Positions 1 to 10,197 of a DNA stretch of 51,259 bases are shown here, in pieces. Source of the DNA: a virus (taxonomy: Duplodnaviria > Caudoviricetes); IMG/VR virus record IMGVR_UViG_3300025785_000024, positions 1-51,259 of that record, one strand, 5' to 3'. Both the position numbers and the translations under genes were made by a program. Numbering within the stretch: the first letter of the stretch is position 1; each line of letters opens with the position of its first letter. A model generated the notes under the pieces. The model saw only the letters and a program-made list of their open reading frames with translations, was not told the DNA's origin and searched no databases.

Positions 1-1
1 A

Positions 2-355
2 GGCGCATTGCGCATCCTAGGCGAAGAGTTCCCTATTGAGAAGCTTTCAGAGATCCGTCAAGAGCTTCAAGATGAAGCAATGGCTGATGGAGCACTTAAG
101 CTTATTCAGACTCAGATCGAGCAGGACATCATGGCCCTTACAGGGTCAATGCCAGCACAAACAGGCCCTGGTGGTTCCTCTGCACCAGGCGCTCCAAGCG
201 CAGAAGCACCTGCGGCCCCAACAGAGCCAGTATTACTAGATGATGCAACTATCGCCGCCCAAATGGGTGATGAGAAGGTACGCACTCGGCTAGTAACGGA
301 AGCCTACGGTACTCAATTGCCACAGCGCAGAGTCCCAGACGGTTACCAAAAATAA
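2..355 (+). CDS. Probable portal protein, C-terminal fragment (5'-truncated)
   Basis: Frame is open from the window edge (GALRILGEEFP...). Pro/Ala/Gly-rich tail; lies directly upstream of scaffold and MCP. Call rests on synteny. Confidence 0.6.
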   Translation, partial: GALRILGEEFPIEKLSEIRQELQDEAMADGALKLIQTQIEQDIMALTGSMPAQTGPGGSSAPGAPSAEAPAAPTEPVLLDDATIAAQMGDEKVRTRLVTEAYGTQLPQRRVPDGYQK

Positions 356-470
356 AGTGATTTATACAGACAATTAAGACATCTATTGTCAAAATAAATA
401 CTGTAATACCACGTTAGGTCATTTGTGCCCCCACATCGTAAAACGACCCCTAGGATAAAAGGATAAACGC

Positions 471-1253
471 ATGTCAGAAACTGCAGATCTAATGGCTAAT
501 GCTTTTGAAGCAGAAGCTAATACAGCTCCAGTAGTAAATGTGTCGGGCGTTGACGCGCCTACTGTTACCTCTGGAAAGAATGAACCAACTCAGAAGTTTT
601 ATACCGAAGAGGATCTTGCAAAGGTTCGTTCACAGGAGAAAGAGAAGCTTTACCCAGAGATCGATCGATTGAAGGAAGAAGTTTCACTCCTTAAGAAAGA
701 GCGCGAAGAAAAAGCAGCTCGCAAAGCAGCAGAGGCGGAAGCCAAAGCAGCTGAAGAGAAGGCAAAGCTTGAAAATGACTTGGACGCCAAGGACTTTGCA
801 AAAGCTACAGCCGATGAACTGCGAGAGCAGTTGGCACGTGAGCGTCAAGAACGCGAAGCGGCCTTCGCTCTTCTGGAGCAGGAAAGAAAGTTTGCAGAAC
901 TGCAGGCTTACCGTCAACAAGCTGTTGAACAAAACCGCGAAAATATCATCCCACAGCTCATTGATTACGTTCAGGGTAATACCCCAGATGAGATCAACGA
1001 GAGCATTACAGGTTTGGTTGAGCGATCTAACAGTATTCTAGAATCTGCACAGTCTGCTATCCAGCAGCAACGCAGAGATATGCCGGGAGTGAGGGCAACC
1101 TTGCCAGGCGTTGGACCCTTGGAAACTAATTCGGAACCACGTCAGTTCACTGCCGCAGATATTGCGTCAATGCCGATGAATGAATACGCAAAAGTCCGCA
1201 CTCAGATCTTGAGCAACCGTGCTCTTGGTAAGACCAGCGGAATATTGGGCTAA
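471..1253 (+). CDS. Capsid scaffolding protein
   Basis: Charged coiled-coil (E/K/A/R-rich), FYTEEDLAKVR segment, C-terminal helix IASMPMNEYAKVR; immediately before MCP. Confidence 0.8.
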   Translation: MSETADLMANAFEAEANTAPVVNVSGVDAPTVTSGKNEPTQKFYTEEDLAKVRSQEKEKLYPEIDRLKEEVSLLKKEREEKAARKAAEAEAKAAEEKAKLENDLDAKDFAKATADELREQLARERQEREAAFALLEQERKFAELQAYRQQAVEQNRENIIPQLIDYVQGNTPDEINESITGLVERSNSILESAQSAIQQQRRDMPGVRATLPGVGPLETNSEPRQFTAADIASMPMNEYAKVRTQILSNRALGKTSGILG

Positions 1254-1295
1254 CACTTAATCTATTAAAAACTACTATCAAGGAGTTAAAGCCAA

Positions 1296-2369
1296 ATGGC
1301 ATCAGGTATCACAGGTACAGGCAATCTAGCCGCAGCACCTACAGCGTACTCAGGTACCAACACCCAGTTAACTCAGGCGATTCAGACTATCTGGTCCAAG
1401 GAAATCTTGTTCCAGGCTATGCCTATCCTTCGCTTTGAGCAGTTTGCAGTCAAGAAGACTGAACTCGGTGTTGCACCTGGTCTACAGATCAATTTCATGC
1501 GTTACAACAACCTCGGATTCGCTTCACCTCTTGTTGAAGGTGTCCGTATGCAGACTAACGCTCTCACAGCACAGCAGTTCTCAATCACTGTAACAGAGCA
1601 TGGTTATGCTCTTGCAGTATCTGAGCTTTTGCTCAATGCTTCATTTGATGACGTAATGGCCTCAGCCTCACGTCTTCTCGGTCGTAACATGGCTATCTAC
1701 CTAGATCAGCTCTCACGCGACACACTCTATGCAGCATCTTCAGTCCTTTACGGCGAAGATCGCTCAGCAGTCTCATCAGCTGTTAACAACTGGTACGGTT
1801 ACGGAACTTTTGCTGCAAATCGCGCAGCAATGACAGGTGCTGCTTACCTCACACCACACGTTATCAAGGACACAGTTGAGACCTTGGCAACAAAGAACAT
1901 CCCACGGTTGGGCGAGACTTATGTCTGCTTCGTTCACCCACACCAGAGCCGTACCCTTCGTGACAACCCTGAATTCATCGAGGTCACAAAGTACGCAGCT
2001 CCAGGTAACTTCATGCTCGGTGAAATCGGTCGTCTCTACGACGTAGTATTCATCGAAACCACCCAGGTCCTCAAGGTTGTTGGTGGCGCAGGTTCTTCAT
2101 ACACAACTGATACAGCTGTTGCTAACCCAGTTGTCACACCTGGCGGAGGCTACACAACCCCTGCTACCCTCACAGGTAACGGTGGATCAGATCGTTATGC
2201 AGCTATCATGATCGGTGATAACGCATTCGGTCACGCTATCTCACTCCCAGTCGAACTCCGCGATGGCGGTATTCTTGACTTCGGTCGTGAGCATGCACTT
2301 GCTTGGTACTCAATCTTCGGTTTGGGATTGATTACTGATCAGAGCGTAGTAATTATCGAAACAAACTAA
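1296..2369 (+). CDS. Major capsid protein (HK97 fold, N4-gp56-like family)
   Basis: 357 aa; LRFEQFA, YVCFVHPHQ, GEIGRLYDVVFIET and DFGREHALAWY motifs; strong SD (aaggag); followed by a terminator. Confidence 0.92.
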   Translation: MASGITGTGNLAAAPTAYSGTNTQLTQAIQTIWSKEILFQAMPILRFEQFAVKKTELGVAPGLQINFMRYNNLGFASPLVEGVRMQTNALTAQQFSITVTEHGYALAVSELLLNASFDDVMASASRLLGRNMAIYLDQLSRDTLYAASSVLYGEDRSAVSSAVNNWYGYGTFAANRAAMTGAAYLTPHVIKDTVETLATKNIPRLGETYVCFVHPHQSRTLRDNPEFIEVTKYAAPGNFMLGEIGRLYDVVFIETTQVLKVVGGAGSSYTTDTAVANPVVTPGGGYTTPATLTGNGGSDRYAAIMIGDNAFGHAISLPVELRDGGILDFGREHALAWYSIFGLGLITDQSVVIIETN

Positions 2370-2410
2370 CCGGTCTGTGATAAGACTAATTACAACTAAA
2401 TAGCTTAAAG

Positions 2411-2440
2411 CGGGGGGCTTAACGGCCCCCCGTCATTTTC
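2411..2440 (+). terminator. Rho-independent terminator after MCP
   Basis: CGGGGGGC-ttaacg-GCCCCCCG perfect 8-bp stem followed by tcattttc. Confidence 0.8.
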
Positions 2441-2466
2441 ATCGAGATACTAATTAGGAGAATGCA

Positions 2467-2832
2467 ATGGCTAAATCAAAGCCCACTGATGTAACCGGCC
2501 GTGTACGTGAGCAGCTTGCAGAACAAGCAGCCGCTGATATGAACGACCGTGCAGCTGAAATGTCTATGGCAACAGCTCAAGCCCAGGTTAAACTAGAGAC
2601 CGAAGTTATTGATGCTACACAGCCTTCCCGTCAAACCGTTATTGTTGATGACCCTGTGACTCTTGGAAGCACAGACGATTCATCTGTTGAGATTCGTGTT
2701 GTTCAAGACCTCGAGAACATGACTCTAGGTAAGGGTAATAACTACAGCTTTAAGGCTGGAGTTAAGTACAAGGTTACAAAGCAAGTAGCACAGCACCTTA
2801 AGGAAAAAGGTTATCTGGCCGGCGTTATCTAA
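2467..2832 (+). CDS. Hypothetical head-associated protein
   Basis: 121 aa with SD aggag; between MCP and adaptor. Confidence 0.6.
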   Translation: MAKSKPTDVTGRVREQLAEQAAADMNDRAAEMSMATAQAQVKLETEVIDATQPSRQTVIVDDPVTLGSTDDSSVEIRVVQDLENMTLGKGNNYSFKAGVKYKVTKQVAQHLKEKGYLAGVI

Positions 2833-2843
2833 GGCATACTTAG

Positions 2844-2878
2844 CGAAGTGGGCGCCTCTTATAGGGGCGCTCTTTTCG
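2844..2878 (+). terminator. Probable terminator hairpin
   Basis: gggcgcctc-ttata-ggggcgctc stem (with G-U pairs) followed by tttt. Confidence 0.65.
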
Positions 2879-2941
2879 TATGCAGAGATTTTTTAGCCGT
2901 AGTACGACATCATTGGATCTAACGTAGTGTAGGGAGTTTCT

Positions 2942-4027
2942 GTGGCTGTATTATCTGACATACTCTCTAGGGTTCGGTTAGACCTTGGAGACCTTCAGAA
3001 GAACTTTACCTTTACTGCTACTGGTGATGGCACAACTACTATCTTTCCTACAGGCATTAAGCCTATTGAAATTGTTAACCTAACTGTTACCGAAAACGGC
3101 AACCCTATTGGCTATCCTTATGGCTATACGGTGGAGCAAGACACAGGGATTATTACCTTTGCAAATGCTCCAGCTTCTGGGGCAACCATCTTTATTCAGG
3201 GTGTTCAAGACCGTTATTTCCTAGATTCAGAGCTCTGCGTTTTTATTAATGACGCTGTTACAGAGCACACATATAACCGCGTAGACGCCTACGGTACCCA
3301 AGTTACCCTAGCCAGCATTTCCCCAGTTGAGACCTACCCTATTGCTATCTTGGCAACTATTGAGGCGCTTTGGGCCCTTGCTACAGACGCCGCTTTTGAT
3401 ATCAACATTACTGCTCCTGATGGGGTTGTGATCCCAAGAGCGCAGCGCTACCAACAGCTCTCAGCTATTATTCAGCAACGCTGGGAACAGTATAAAGCCC
3501 TATGCTCACAGCTCAATGTAGGTCTATGGAAGATCGAGATGGGTACGCTTATCCGTACCTCGCGTACCACTAACAAGTATGTCCCAATTTACATTGGACA
3601 AGAAGTGGATGACGCTCGTAAGCCTGAGCGCGTTTACATCAATAACAACCTTACTGGTCGCAGCCCTATGCCTACTAACGCACAGAACTACGACATTATC
3701 CTCTACCAAGGAAATAACTTCTCTGTTGAGTTTGATTTCCCATTTGATGCCTCACTATACGCGTGGGCTGCTCAGATCAGAACCTATCCAAATTCACCAT
3801 CTTTGTACGCTAACTTTGGTATAACAGTAACTTCTCATTCGTCAACGCTTAGCAAAGTGGTTCTTACTTTGCAGCCTACAGACACAGAGTATTTACCTAC
3901 TCGCGCTTTCTGGGATCTAACAGCCACATTAAAGACAGACGATACTCAAGTTACAACTTACGTCAAAGGACAAGTATTTACGACTCAGGCTGTAAGCCTT
4001 GATGTCGGCACCTACGGAAGTTGGTAG
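2942..4027 (+). CDS. Head-to-tail adaptor with inserted and C-terminal beta-sandwich domains
   Basis: GTG start with SD agggag. N-terminal VRLDLGD plus YFLDSEL adaptor-type helices. C-terminal YQGNNFSVEF...AQIR...FWDL segment resembles BppU-N/Ig-like fibre-anchoring domains. Confidence 0.6.
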   Translation: MAVLSDILSRVRLDLGDLQKNFTFTATGDGTTTIFPTGIKPIEIVNLTVTENGNPIGYPYGYTVEQDTGIITFANAPASGATIFIQGVQDRYFLDSELCVFINDAVTEHTYNRVDAYGTQVTLASISPVETYPIAILATIEALWALATDAAFDINITAPDGVVIPRAQRYQQLSAIIQQRWEQYKALCSQLNVGLWKIEMGTLIRTSRTTNKYVPIYIGQEVDDARKPERVYINNNLTGRSPMPTNAQNYDIILYQGNNFSVEFDFPFDASLYAWAAQIRTYPNSPSLYANFGITVTSHSSTLSKVVLTLQPTDTEYLPTRAFWDLTATLKTDDTQVTTYVKGQVFTTQAVSLDVGTYGSW

Positions 4028-4030
4028 TAG

Positions 4031-5311
4031 GTGAACACCTGTAATACCTGCGGCAACTGGCCGTGCACTTGCCCAATTATAGTGGTGCCACAACCTCCTG
4101 TAGCTATTACAGTCGTCCCACAAAACCCAGGTCAAGGTGTTCAAGGTATTCAGGGTATTCAAGGACCAGCTGGTTCTGGTGGCGGAGGCTCACAGGGAAC
4201 TGGCGCACAAGGCGCAACCGGTATACAAGGCACACAAGGTATTCAAGGTGCTTACGGAATACAAGGACACGTTGGACAAACAGGTGTTCAAGGTTTTACA
4301 GGTACACAAGGACATCTTGGTATTCAAGGTTCTGCTGGTTATATTGGCGCGGACGGTCATCAGGGCACACAAGGTATTCAAGGTCTAGCTGGTCAATTTG
4401 CTGGTCAAGGTGTTCAAGGTATCCAGGGTTACACTGGTACACAAGGAACAACTGGTATACAGGGTTCAACTGGAACGCAAGGAACAACTGGCGCGCAAGG
4501 TACACAAGGTGTACAAGGCTACTACGGTAATCAAGGAACAACTGGTACACAAGGGTCTGTTGGTACACAGGGTTACACTGGCGCGCAAGGCCTACAAGGT
4601 TTACAGGGAACACAAGGCGTACAAGGGTCGCAGGGTACACAGGGTGTTCAAGGACATTACGGTAATCAAGGTACAACCGGAGCTCAAGGTCTACAAGGTG
4701 TTCAAGGTGTACAAGGCGCCATTGGTACTCAAGGAAATACCGGAGCCCAAGGTATTCAAGGATTACAAGGCCTTATTGGTCTACAAGGTTTTAATGGTCT
4801 ACAAGGCTTTACTGGTTTACAAGGTACAACTGGCGCTCAAGGTTTACAAGGACTTATTGGTCTTCAAGGCTTTAGCGGTATTCAAGGGTTTACCGGTTTC
4901 CAAGGTGCAACTGGTGCAGGTGCGCAAGGTACAACTGGCTCACAAGGTGTACAAGGTATCCAAGGATTTGGTTATGCCCAGCTACAAGGTACACAAGGAA
5001 CTACCGGAAGTCAGGGAATTATCTCTGGAACTACAGCCCCAGCTAATACTGGCGTCTTGTGGTTAGACACTTCTGTTGGCGGCATTGTTGGCACGCAGAA
5101 GCTCACCTTCTTAATTGGTGACGGAACCAACACCACGTACACCATTACCCACAACCTTGGTACTAGAGATATTGAAGTTACCGTCTATAACCAGACTACT
5201 TATGCGGTAGTTATCCCTTCATCTTTGGTCTATTCCACAGTAAATACTGCAACTTTGACCTTTGCTTCCCCACCGACAACTAATAACTACAGAGTTGTTG
5301 TGATGGGCTAA
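4031..5311 (+). CDS. Collagen-like (Gly-X-Gln) fibre protein with Cys-rich N-terminus
   Basis: MNTCNTCGNWPCTC start, long (G-X-Q)n tract, C-terminal ITHNLGTRDI beta domain. Confidence 0.8.
   Translation: MNTCNTCGNWPCTCPIIVVPQPPVAITVVPQNPGQGVQGIQGIQGPAGSGGGGSQGTGAQGATGIQGTQGIQGAYGIQGHVGQTGVQGFTGTQGHLGIQGSAGYIGADGHQGTQGIQGLAGQFAGQGVQGIQGYTGTQGTTGIQGSTGTQGTTGAQGTQGVQGYYGNQGTTGTQGSVGTQGYTGAQGLQGLQGTQGVQGSQGTQGVQGHYGNQGTTGAQGLQGVQGVQGAIGTQGNTGAQGIQGLQGLIGLQGFNGLQGFTGLQGTTGAQGLQGLIGLQGFSGIQGFTGFQGATGAGAQGTTGSQGVQGIQGFGYAQLQGTQGTTGSQGIISGTTAPANTGVLWLDTSVGGIVGTQKLTFLIGDGTNTTYTITHNLGTRDIEVTVYNQTTYAVVIPSSLVYSTVNTATLTFASPPTTNNYRVVVMG
4130..5015 (+). repeat. Degenerate 9-nt coding repeat (caaggNNNN) encoding G-X-Q
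   Basis: 9-nt periodicity is directly visible. Confidence 0.85.
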
Positions 5312-5322
5312 TGGCACTGGAA

Positions 5323-5357
5323 TTTAGCACCACAAAAATAGATTTAAGACTTACCAT
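5323..5357 (+). promoter_or_regulatory. Candidate phage-specific promoter TTTAGC-N23-TACCAT
   Basis: Intergenic; same motif and spacing as sites at 10900, 14794 and 21162. Confidence 0.5.
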
Positions 5358-5384
5358 TAATGCTGTAGCCAACCTAGGAGAGCC

Positions 5385-8300
5385 ATGTCCCAATTAAAAT
5401 ACTATGACACCGGATCCGGTCAGTGGATTGCGGCCATCGTTGGCGCACAAGGCGCTCAAGGAACAACAGGTATTCAAGGCACCCAAGGCGTACAAGGTAC
5501 GCAGGGTATTCAGGGAACGCAGGGCGTTCAAGGTACAACTGGAACACAAGGTACACAGGGCACACAAGGTATCCAAGGTGTTCAGGGAACACAAGGCTTA
5601 CAGGGAACACAAGGTACTCAGGGTGTACAAGGTACACAGGGTATTCAAGGAATTCAGGGACCACAGGGTACACAAGGAACACAAGGTGTTCAGGGTACGC
5701 AAGGCATTCAAGGTACTCAAGGTGTGCAGGGCACACAGGGCGTACAGGGTACGCAGGGTGTTCAAGGAACACAAGGCATTCAAGGTATCCAAGGTAATCA
5801 GGGTACTCAAGGAATTCAAGGCGTTCAAGGAACGCAAGGTATCCAAGGAACTATTGGTCAAACTGGTTCACAAGGTACACAAGGAATTCAAGGACTTCAA
5901 GGAGTTCAAGGTACACAAGGTGTACAAGGAACAACTGGTCTACAAGGAACTCAAGGCACTCAAGGTGTTCAAGGAACACAGGGTGTGCAGGGCACAACTG
6001 GTATTCAAGGTACGCAGGGAACACAAGGAGTTCAAGGAACTCAGGGTGTTCAAGGCACAACCGGTATTCAGGGAACACAAGGCACACAAGGAGTTCAGGG
6101 AACTCAAGGTGTACAAGGCACTCAAGGTATCCAAGGAATTCAAGGCCTACAAGGTCTCCAAGGTTTGCAAGGTGCTGCTGGCTCACAGAACGCACACGCA
6201 GCTGTTTACACTACAACAACAACCGCACTTGCCGGTTCACCTTCATACACTGCAGGAACAGCAGATGCCTCTAACGGTCTTGGTGTAGGCGCTTACCTTC
6301 AAGCAACAACTAACGGTTATTTGGTAGTTGACGGTTACACATACTCTGGACCACTACCAGCAAATACTCGCGTACTTGTTAAGAACCAAGCAGTTTCAAC
6401 TCAAAACGGTATCTATACAATTACAAGCGCAGGTAGCGCATCTACTACTTGGAAACTTACTCGCGCAACTGACTATGACAACCACCTTGCAGATCAGGTA
6501 GAGCCTGGCGACTACGTATACACAGTTGCAGGTTCAACTAACGTTGGTACCTCATGGATTCAGTACCAGCTCGGATCTAATACAAACGGCACCATTAAAA
6601 TCGGTATCGATAATATTCTCTTCTCTCAGACCTCTGCTGTTGGTAACCAGGGTACAACTGGTGCCCAAGGTACTCAGGGTGTTCAGGGAACACAGGGTCT
6701 ACAGGGCACACAGGGAACCCAGGGTATCCAGGGAGTTCAAGGAACTCAGGGAATTCAAGGTCCTCAAGGAACCCAGGGAGTTCAGGGAACTCAGGGTGTT
6801 CAGGGGCTACAGGGTGTACAGGGACCACAAGGAACTCAGGGTACGCAGGGCGTACAGGGAACCACTGGTATCCAAGGAACTCAGGGAACCCAGGGAGTAC
6901 AAGGTACTCAGGGAACACAGGGAACGCAGGGTATTCAAGGCCTCCAAGGTATTCAGGGACGCTCTTACACTGGCGTAACCTCAACCACCTCTAATGCAAT
7001 TGGTACTGGTTCACTAACCTTTGCCGTAGCAAACTCTGGCGCCTTTGCGCTCGGTCAGTTTGTAACAGTTGCTTACACAGTAACACCTGCTAACTATGTA
7101 TCTGGTCAGATCACATCTATCACAACAGATACAAGCATTACTGTTAACGTAACAAGCACCGGTGGCTCTGGAACATTCTCACAGTGGACAATCTCTACTG
7201 CAGGTGTTCAGGGCACAACTGGTTCACAGGGAACCCAAGGCACCCAGGGAATCCAAGGTATTCAGGGTCTACAAGGACCTCAGGGAACTCAAGGTACCCA
7301 AGGTACACAAGGAGTTCAGGGCACTCAGGGAGTTCAAGGAACTCAAGGAGTACAGGGAACCCAAGGTAACCAAGGAACTACCGGTACACAGGGTACGCAG
7401 GGAACTCAAGGTCTACAAGGCCTACAGGGAGTTCAAGGCACAACTGGTACCCAGGGTCTAACTGGTACACAAGGTACTCAAGGTATCCAGGGTCTACAGG
7501 GTCAGTCAATCCAAGGTACCCAAGGTACGCAGGGTATCCAGGGTGGCGTAACAAACGCTCCAGTATTTACAACTACTGAGTTCACCGCTACATCTGGTCA
7601 GACAACCTTCAACGTTACATATAACCCAGGTTACATTAACGTCTTCCTCAATGGTGTCCGCCTAAGCTCAGCAGACTACACAGCAACTAACGGAACATCT
7701 GTTGTTCTAGCGGTTGGGGCAGTAGCCGGAGACATTGTTGTTGTCCAGAATATTACCCTCGGTCTTGGTGCGCAAGGTACTCAAGGTCTACAGGGTGTAC
7801 AAGGTACTCAAGGCGTTCAAGGCCTACAGGGACTACAAGGTCTACAGGGTCAGATCGGTGTACAGGGCCTTGCTGTAGGAAATACTGCTCCGGCAAACCA
7901 GGGCGTACTATGGCTTGATACCTCAGTAACTGGCGTAGTCGGTCTCTCCTCTGCAAACTTCACTGCTAAGGGTGACACAATTGCGGGAACTGGCTCAGGA
8001 ACCTTTGCCACTCTCCCAGTTGGTGCTAATAACACTATCCTCACAGCCGACTCAACACAAACAACAGGTGTTAAGTGGACAACAAACCTATCAGGTTTAA
8101 GCCTACAATCACCAAACACCTACAACTCAGTAATTGTAGCGCCTTCAATTTCCTACAACATCAATGCTCAAACTGGTGCTTACACAACTGTTCTAGCGGA
8201 TGCTGCGGCAATTATTACTGCAAGCTCTGGCTCAGCGTTTACGGTCTCAATCCCAACTAACGCATCAGTTGCTTATCCAATCGGATCTTCAATCACGATC

Positions 8301-8471
8301 ATCCAGACTGGTGTAGGACAGATTACAATCGCTGCTGTAACATCGGGTACAACAACGCTTAACTCAACTGGTGCTACTTCAGCAACGCCTAAGTTACGCG
8401 CTCAAAACTCATCAGCCACCTGTATCAAGGTTGCTACAGATGTCTGGCAAGTAGTAGGAGATATCGTCTAA
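5385..8471 (+). CDS. Long collagen-like fibre protein: four G-X-Q blocks interrupted by globular beta domains
   Basis: 1028 aa. Collagen blocks at about 5442-6180, 6645-6960, 7203-7545 and 7770-7870. Globular domains include RVLVKNQ..QNGIY, TSTTSNAIGTG, TTTEFTATSGQT, TAKGD and a C-terminal INAQT..LRAQ..GD domain. Confidence 0.85.
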   Translation: MSQLKYYDTGSGQWIAAIVGAQGAQGTTGIQGTQGVQGTQGIQGTQGVQGTTGTQGTQGTQGIQGVQGTQGLQGTQGTQGVQGTQGIQGIQGPQGTQGTQGVQGTQGIQGTQGVQGTQGVQGTQGVQGTQGIQGIQGNQGTQGIQGVQGTQGIQGTIGQTGSQGTQGIQGLQGVQGTQGVQGTTGLQGTQGTQGVQGTQGVQGTTGIQGTQGTQGVQGTQGVQGTTGIQGTQGTQGVQGTQGVQGTQGIQGIQGLQGLQGLQGAAGSQNAHAAVYTTTTTALAGSPSYTAGTADASNGLGVGAYLQATTNGYLVVDGYTYSGPLPANTRVLVKNQAVSTQNGIYTITSAGSASTTWKLTRATDYDNHLADQVEPGDYVYTVAGSTNVGTSWIQYQLGSNTNGTIKIGIDNILFSQTSAVGNQGTTGAQGTQGVQGTQGLQGTQGTQGIQGVQGTQGIQGPQGTQGVQGTQGVQGLQGVQGPQGTQGTQGVQGTTGIQGTQGTQGVQGTQGTQGTQGIQGLQGIQGRSYTGVTSTTSNAIGTGSLTFAVANSGAFALGQFVTVAYTVTPANYVSGQITSITTDTSITVNVTSTGGSGTFSQWTISTAGVQGTTGSQGTQGTQGIQGIQGLQGPQGTQGTQGTQGVQGTQGVQGTQGVQGTQGNQGTTGTQGTQGTQGLQGLQGVQGTTGTQGLTGTQGTQGIQGLQGQSIQGTQGTQGIQGGVTNAPVFTTTEFTATSGQTTFNVTYNPGYINVFLNGVRLSSADYTATNGTSVVLAVGAVAGDIVVVQNITLGLGAQGTQGLQGVQGTQGVQGLQGLQGLQGQIGVQGLAVGNTAPANQGVLWLDTSVTGVVGLSSANFTAKGDTIAGTGSGTFATLPVGANNTILTADSTQTTGVKWTTNLSGLSLQSPNTYNSVIVAPSISYNINAQTGAYTTVLADAAAIITASSGSAFTVSIPTNASVAYPIGSSITIIQTGVGQITIAAVTSGTTTLNSTGATSATPKLRAQNSSATCIKVATDVWQVVGDIV
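5442..7870 (+). repeat. Four blocks of degenerate 9-nt G-X-Q coding repeats
   Basis: ca(a/g)ggN-NNN periodicity; X is mostly Thr, Val, Ile or Leu. Confidence 0.85.
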
Positions 8472-9844
8472 TGCCAATTATCTTTGGAACAACGGCTTCG
8501 GGTGGAGATAAGTACTTCACTCCACAGCCACCTACCATTGGTACAGCTACTAACGTAGGCACATCTCGCGCTTACAACAATGGCGCGGCTACGGTTACAT
8601 TTACTCCAGCAGCATCTGGTGGTACAGCCACTAGCTTTACTGCCACATCTACACCTGGATCGCTAACTGGTTCGGCTTCTTCTAGCCCTATTACAGTATC
8701 TGGTCTACAGAGCGCTACATCTTATACATTTGCGGTTACTGCTACAGATGCGCAAGGTACTTCTTCTGCTTCTGCTGCTTCTAACTCAATTACTGCTACA
8801 ACAGTGCCTCAAGCCCCTACTATTGGTACAGTTTCTGGTGGTTCATCTGGCGTTGTATCAGTGCCATTTACCGCTGGAGCAACTGGTGGTTCAGCCATCA
8901 CTGGATATACAGCTACATCGTCTTCTGGTCGTACAGGAACTGGTGCGGCTTCTCCTATTACAGTAAATGAAACGGTTGCTGGTACATACACATACACCGT
9001 GACTGCAACTAATGCTAATGGTACATCCGCGGCATCTTCTGCTTCTAACTCAGTCACATCATCCTTTGCTACTCCTTCTGTCTCCTATCTTGTTGTAGGT
9101 GGTGGTGGCGCAGGAACTAGTGGAGGTGGTGGCGGAGCTGCTGTTTTATCAGGGACTATGAGTGTTTCTGGTGGAACTGGTTACACAGTAACTGTTGGTG
9201 GTGGTGGAGCTTTTTCTCCATCCGTAGCAAACACTGGTTCAAGTTCAGTATTTAATACTGTTACCGCAGTAGGCGGTGGTGGAGGTGGTGGCGACCTAAA
9301 TAGCCCTTCTCCTTCTACATTAGGTGCTGGTGGCGGTGGAGGCGGACGCTCTGGTGTTAGTGATGGCCCTTATGCTGGTGCAGGAAACGGCGCTGCAGGT
9401 GCCCGTGGCGCAGCAGCAGGTGGTGGCGGTGGTGGTGGCGGTGGTGCGGGTGGTTCAGGAACCACTGCATCAACAGTAATTAACGGTGGAGTTGGCGGCA
9501 TTGGTATCGCCTCTTCCCTTTCTGGTTCTTCTCAACAGTATGGTGGTGGAGGAGGTGGCGGGTCTTCAGGTGCCAATGGACAAGGTGGTGCTGGTCAATA
9601 CGGCGGTGGAAATGGTCGCACAAACTTAGGTTGCGGCATAGCTGCACAAAATGGCGGAACAAACACTGGCGGCGGTGGCGGTGGCAGCGGTGGTTCTGGC
9701 GGTTCAGGAGTAGTTGTCATCTCTTACCCAAACACTTATCCTAATCTTACTAGCATCACAGGCTTAACTTATTCAGGTCCAGTAAATACTGGAGGCAATA
9801 AAGTTTATACATTCACAGCGGGAACAGGTACGGTGACTATCTAA
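8471..9844 (+). CDS. Fibronectin type III repeat protein with Gly-rich C-terminal domain (virion appendage)
   Basis: Two Fn3-like units (PTIGT..VTFT..ITVSGL..YTFAVTA) followed by a YLVVGGGG...GGSGVVVISY Gly-rich domain. Confidence 0.8.
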   Translation: MPIIFGTTASGGDKYFTPQPPTIGTATNVGTSRAYNNGAATVTFTPAASGGTATSFTATSTPGSLTGSASSSPITVSGLQSATSYTFAVTATDAQGTSSASAASNSITATTVPQAPTIGTVSGGSSGVVSVPFTAGATGGSAITGYTATSSSGRTGTGAASPITVNETVAGTYTYTVTATNANGTSAASSASNSVTSSFATPSVSYLVVGGGGAGTSGGGGGAAVLSGTMSVSGGTGYTVTVGGGGAFSPSVANTGSSSVFNTVTAVGGGGGGGDLNSPSPSTLGAGGGGGGRSGVSDGPYAGAGNGAAGARGAAAGGGGGGGGGAGGSGTTASTVINGGVGGIGIASSLSGSSQQYGGGGGGGSSGANGQGGAGQYGGGNGRTNLGCGIAAQNGGTNTGGGGGGSGGSGGSGVVVISYPNTYPNLTSITGLTYSGPVNTGGNKVYTFTAGTGTVTI

Positions 9845-10143
9845 TGGCACACTATGCGTTCCTTGATGAAAATAGTATTGTTACTGAAGTTATTACTGGT
9901 AAAGACGAAACAGAACTCATTGATGGTCTAAGCCCAGAAGAGTGGTATGGAAACTTCCGTGGACAGAAGTGCGTAAGAACATCGTATAACGCAAAAATTC
10001 GTAAGAACTATGCGGGTATTGGGTTTACCTATGATGAAAGCCGTGATGCGTTTATCCCACCAAAGCCAATAGTAGAAGGCAAAGAATTTACGCTTAATGA
10101 AGATACCTGCCTATGGAAAGAAGTGCCAGAACCTACCGTTTGA
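9844..10143 (+). CDS. Small fibre-associated protein (paralog of 18961..19257)
   Basis: RTSYN..RKNYAGIGFTYDESRDAFIPPKP..LNEDTCLW; coupled (TAATG) to the Fn3 gene. Confidence 0.75.
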   Translation: MAHYAFLDENSIVTEVITGKDETELIDGLSPEEWYGNFRGQKCVRTSYNAKIRKNYAGIGFTYDESRDAFIPPKPIVEGKEFTLNEDTCLWKEVPEPTV

Positions 10144-10171
10144 CATCCCTAGCATGGGTATGTGCTACTGT
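10140..10171 (+). promoter_or_regulatory. Possible sigmaA-type promoter (TTGACA ... TGc-TACTGT, extended -10)
   Basis: TTGACA at 10140, extended -10 at 10163-10171. The 20-nt spacer is atypical. Confidence 0.35.
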
Positions 10172-10197
10172 TAAGGCATCTAATTAAGGAGCCTTAC

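Noticed and set aside
369-390. Inverted repeat GACAAT-N10-ATTGTC upstream of the scaffold gene
   Set aside because: Only 6-bp arms, single instance, and does not match the N23 motif; could be chance.
4063-7461. Many long alternative-frame and antisense ORFs (e.g. 4398..5066, 5404..6288, 5374..5772)
   Set aside because: Shadows of the 9-nt G-X-Q repeat, which lacks stops in other frames; no SD or independent coding signal.
5442-7870. Repeat tracts as a CRISPR array or non-coding satellite
   Set aside because: Degenerate at third codon positions, in frame, and with no unique spacers; this is protein-coding collagen.
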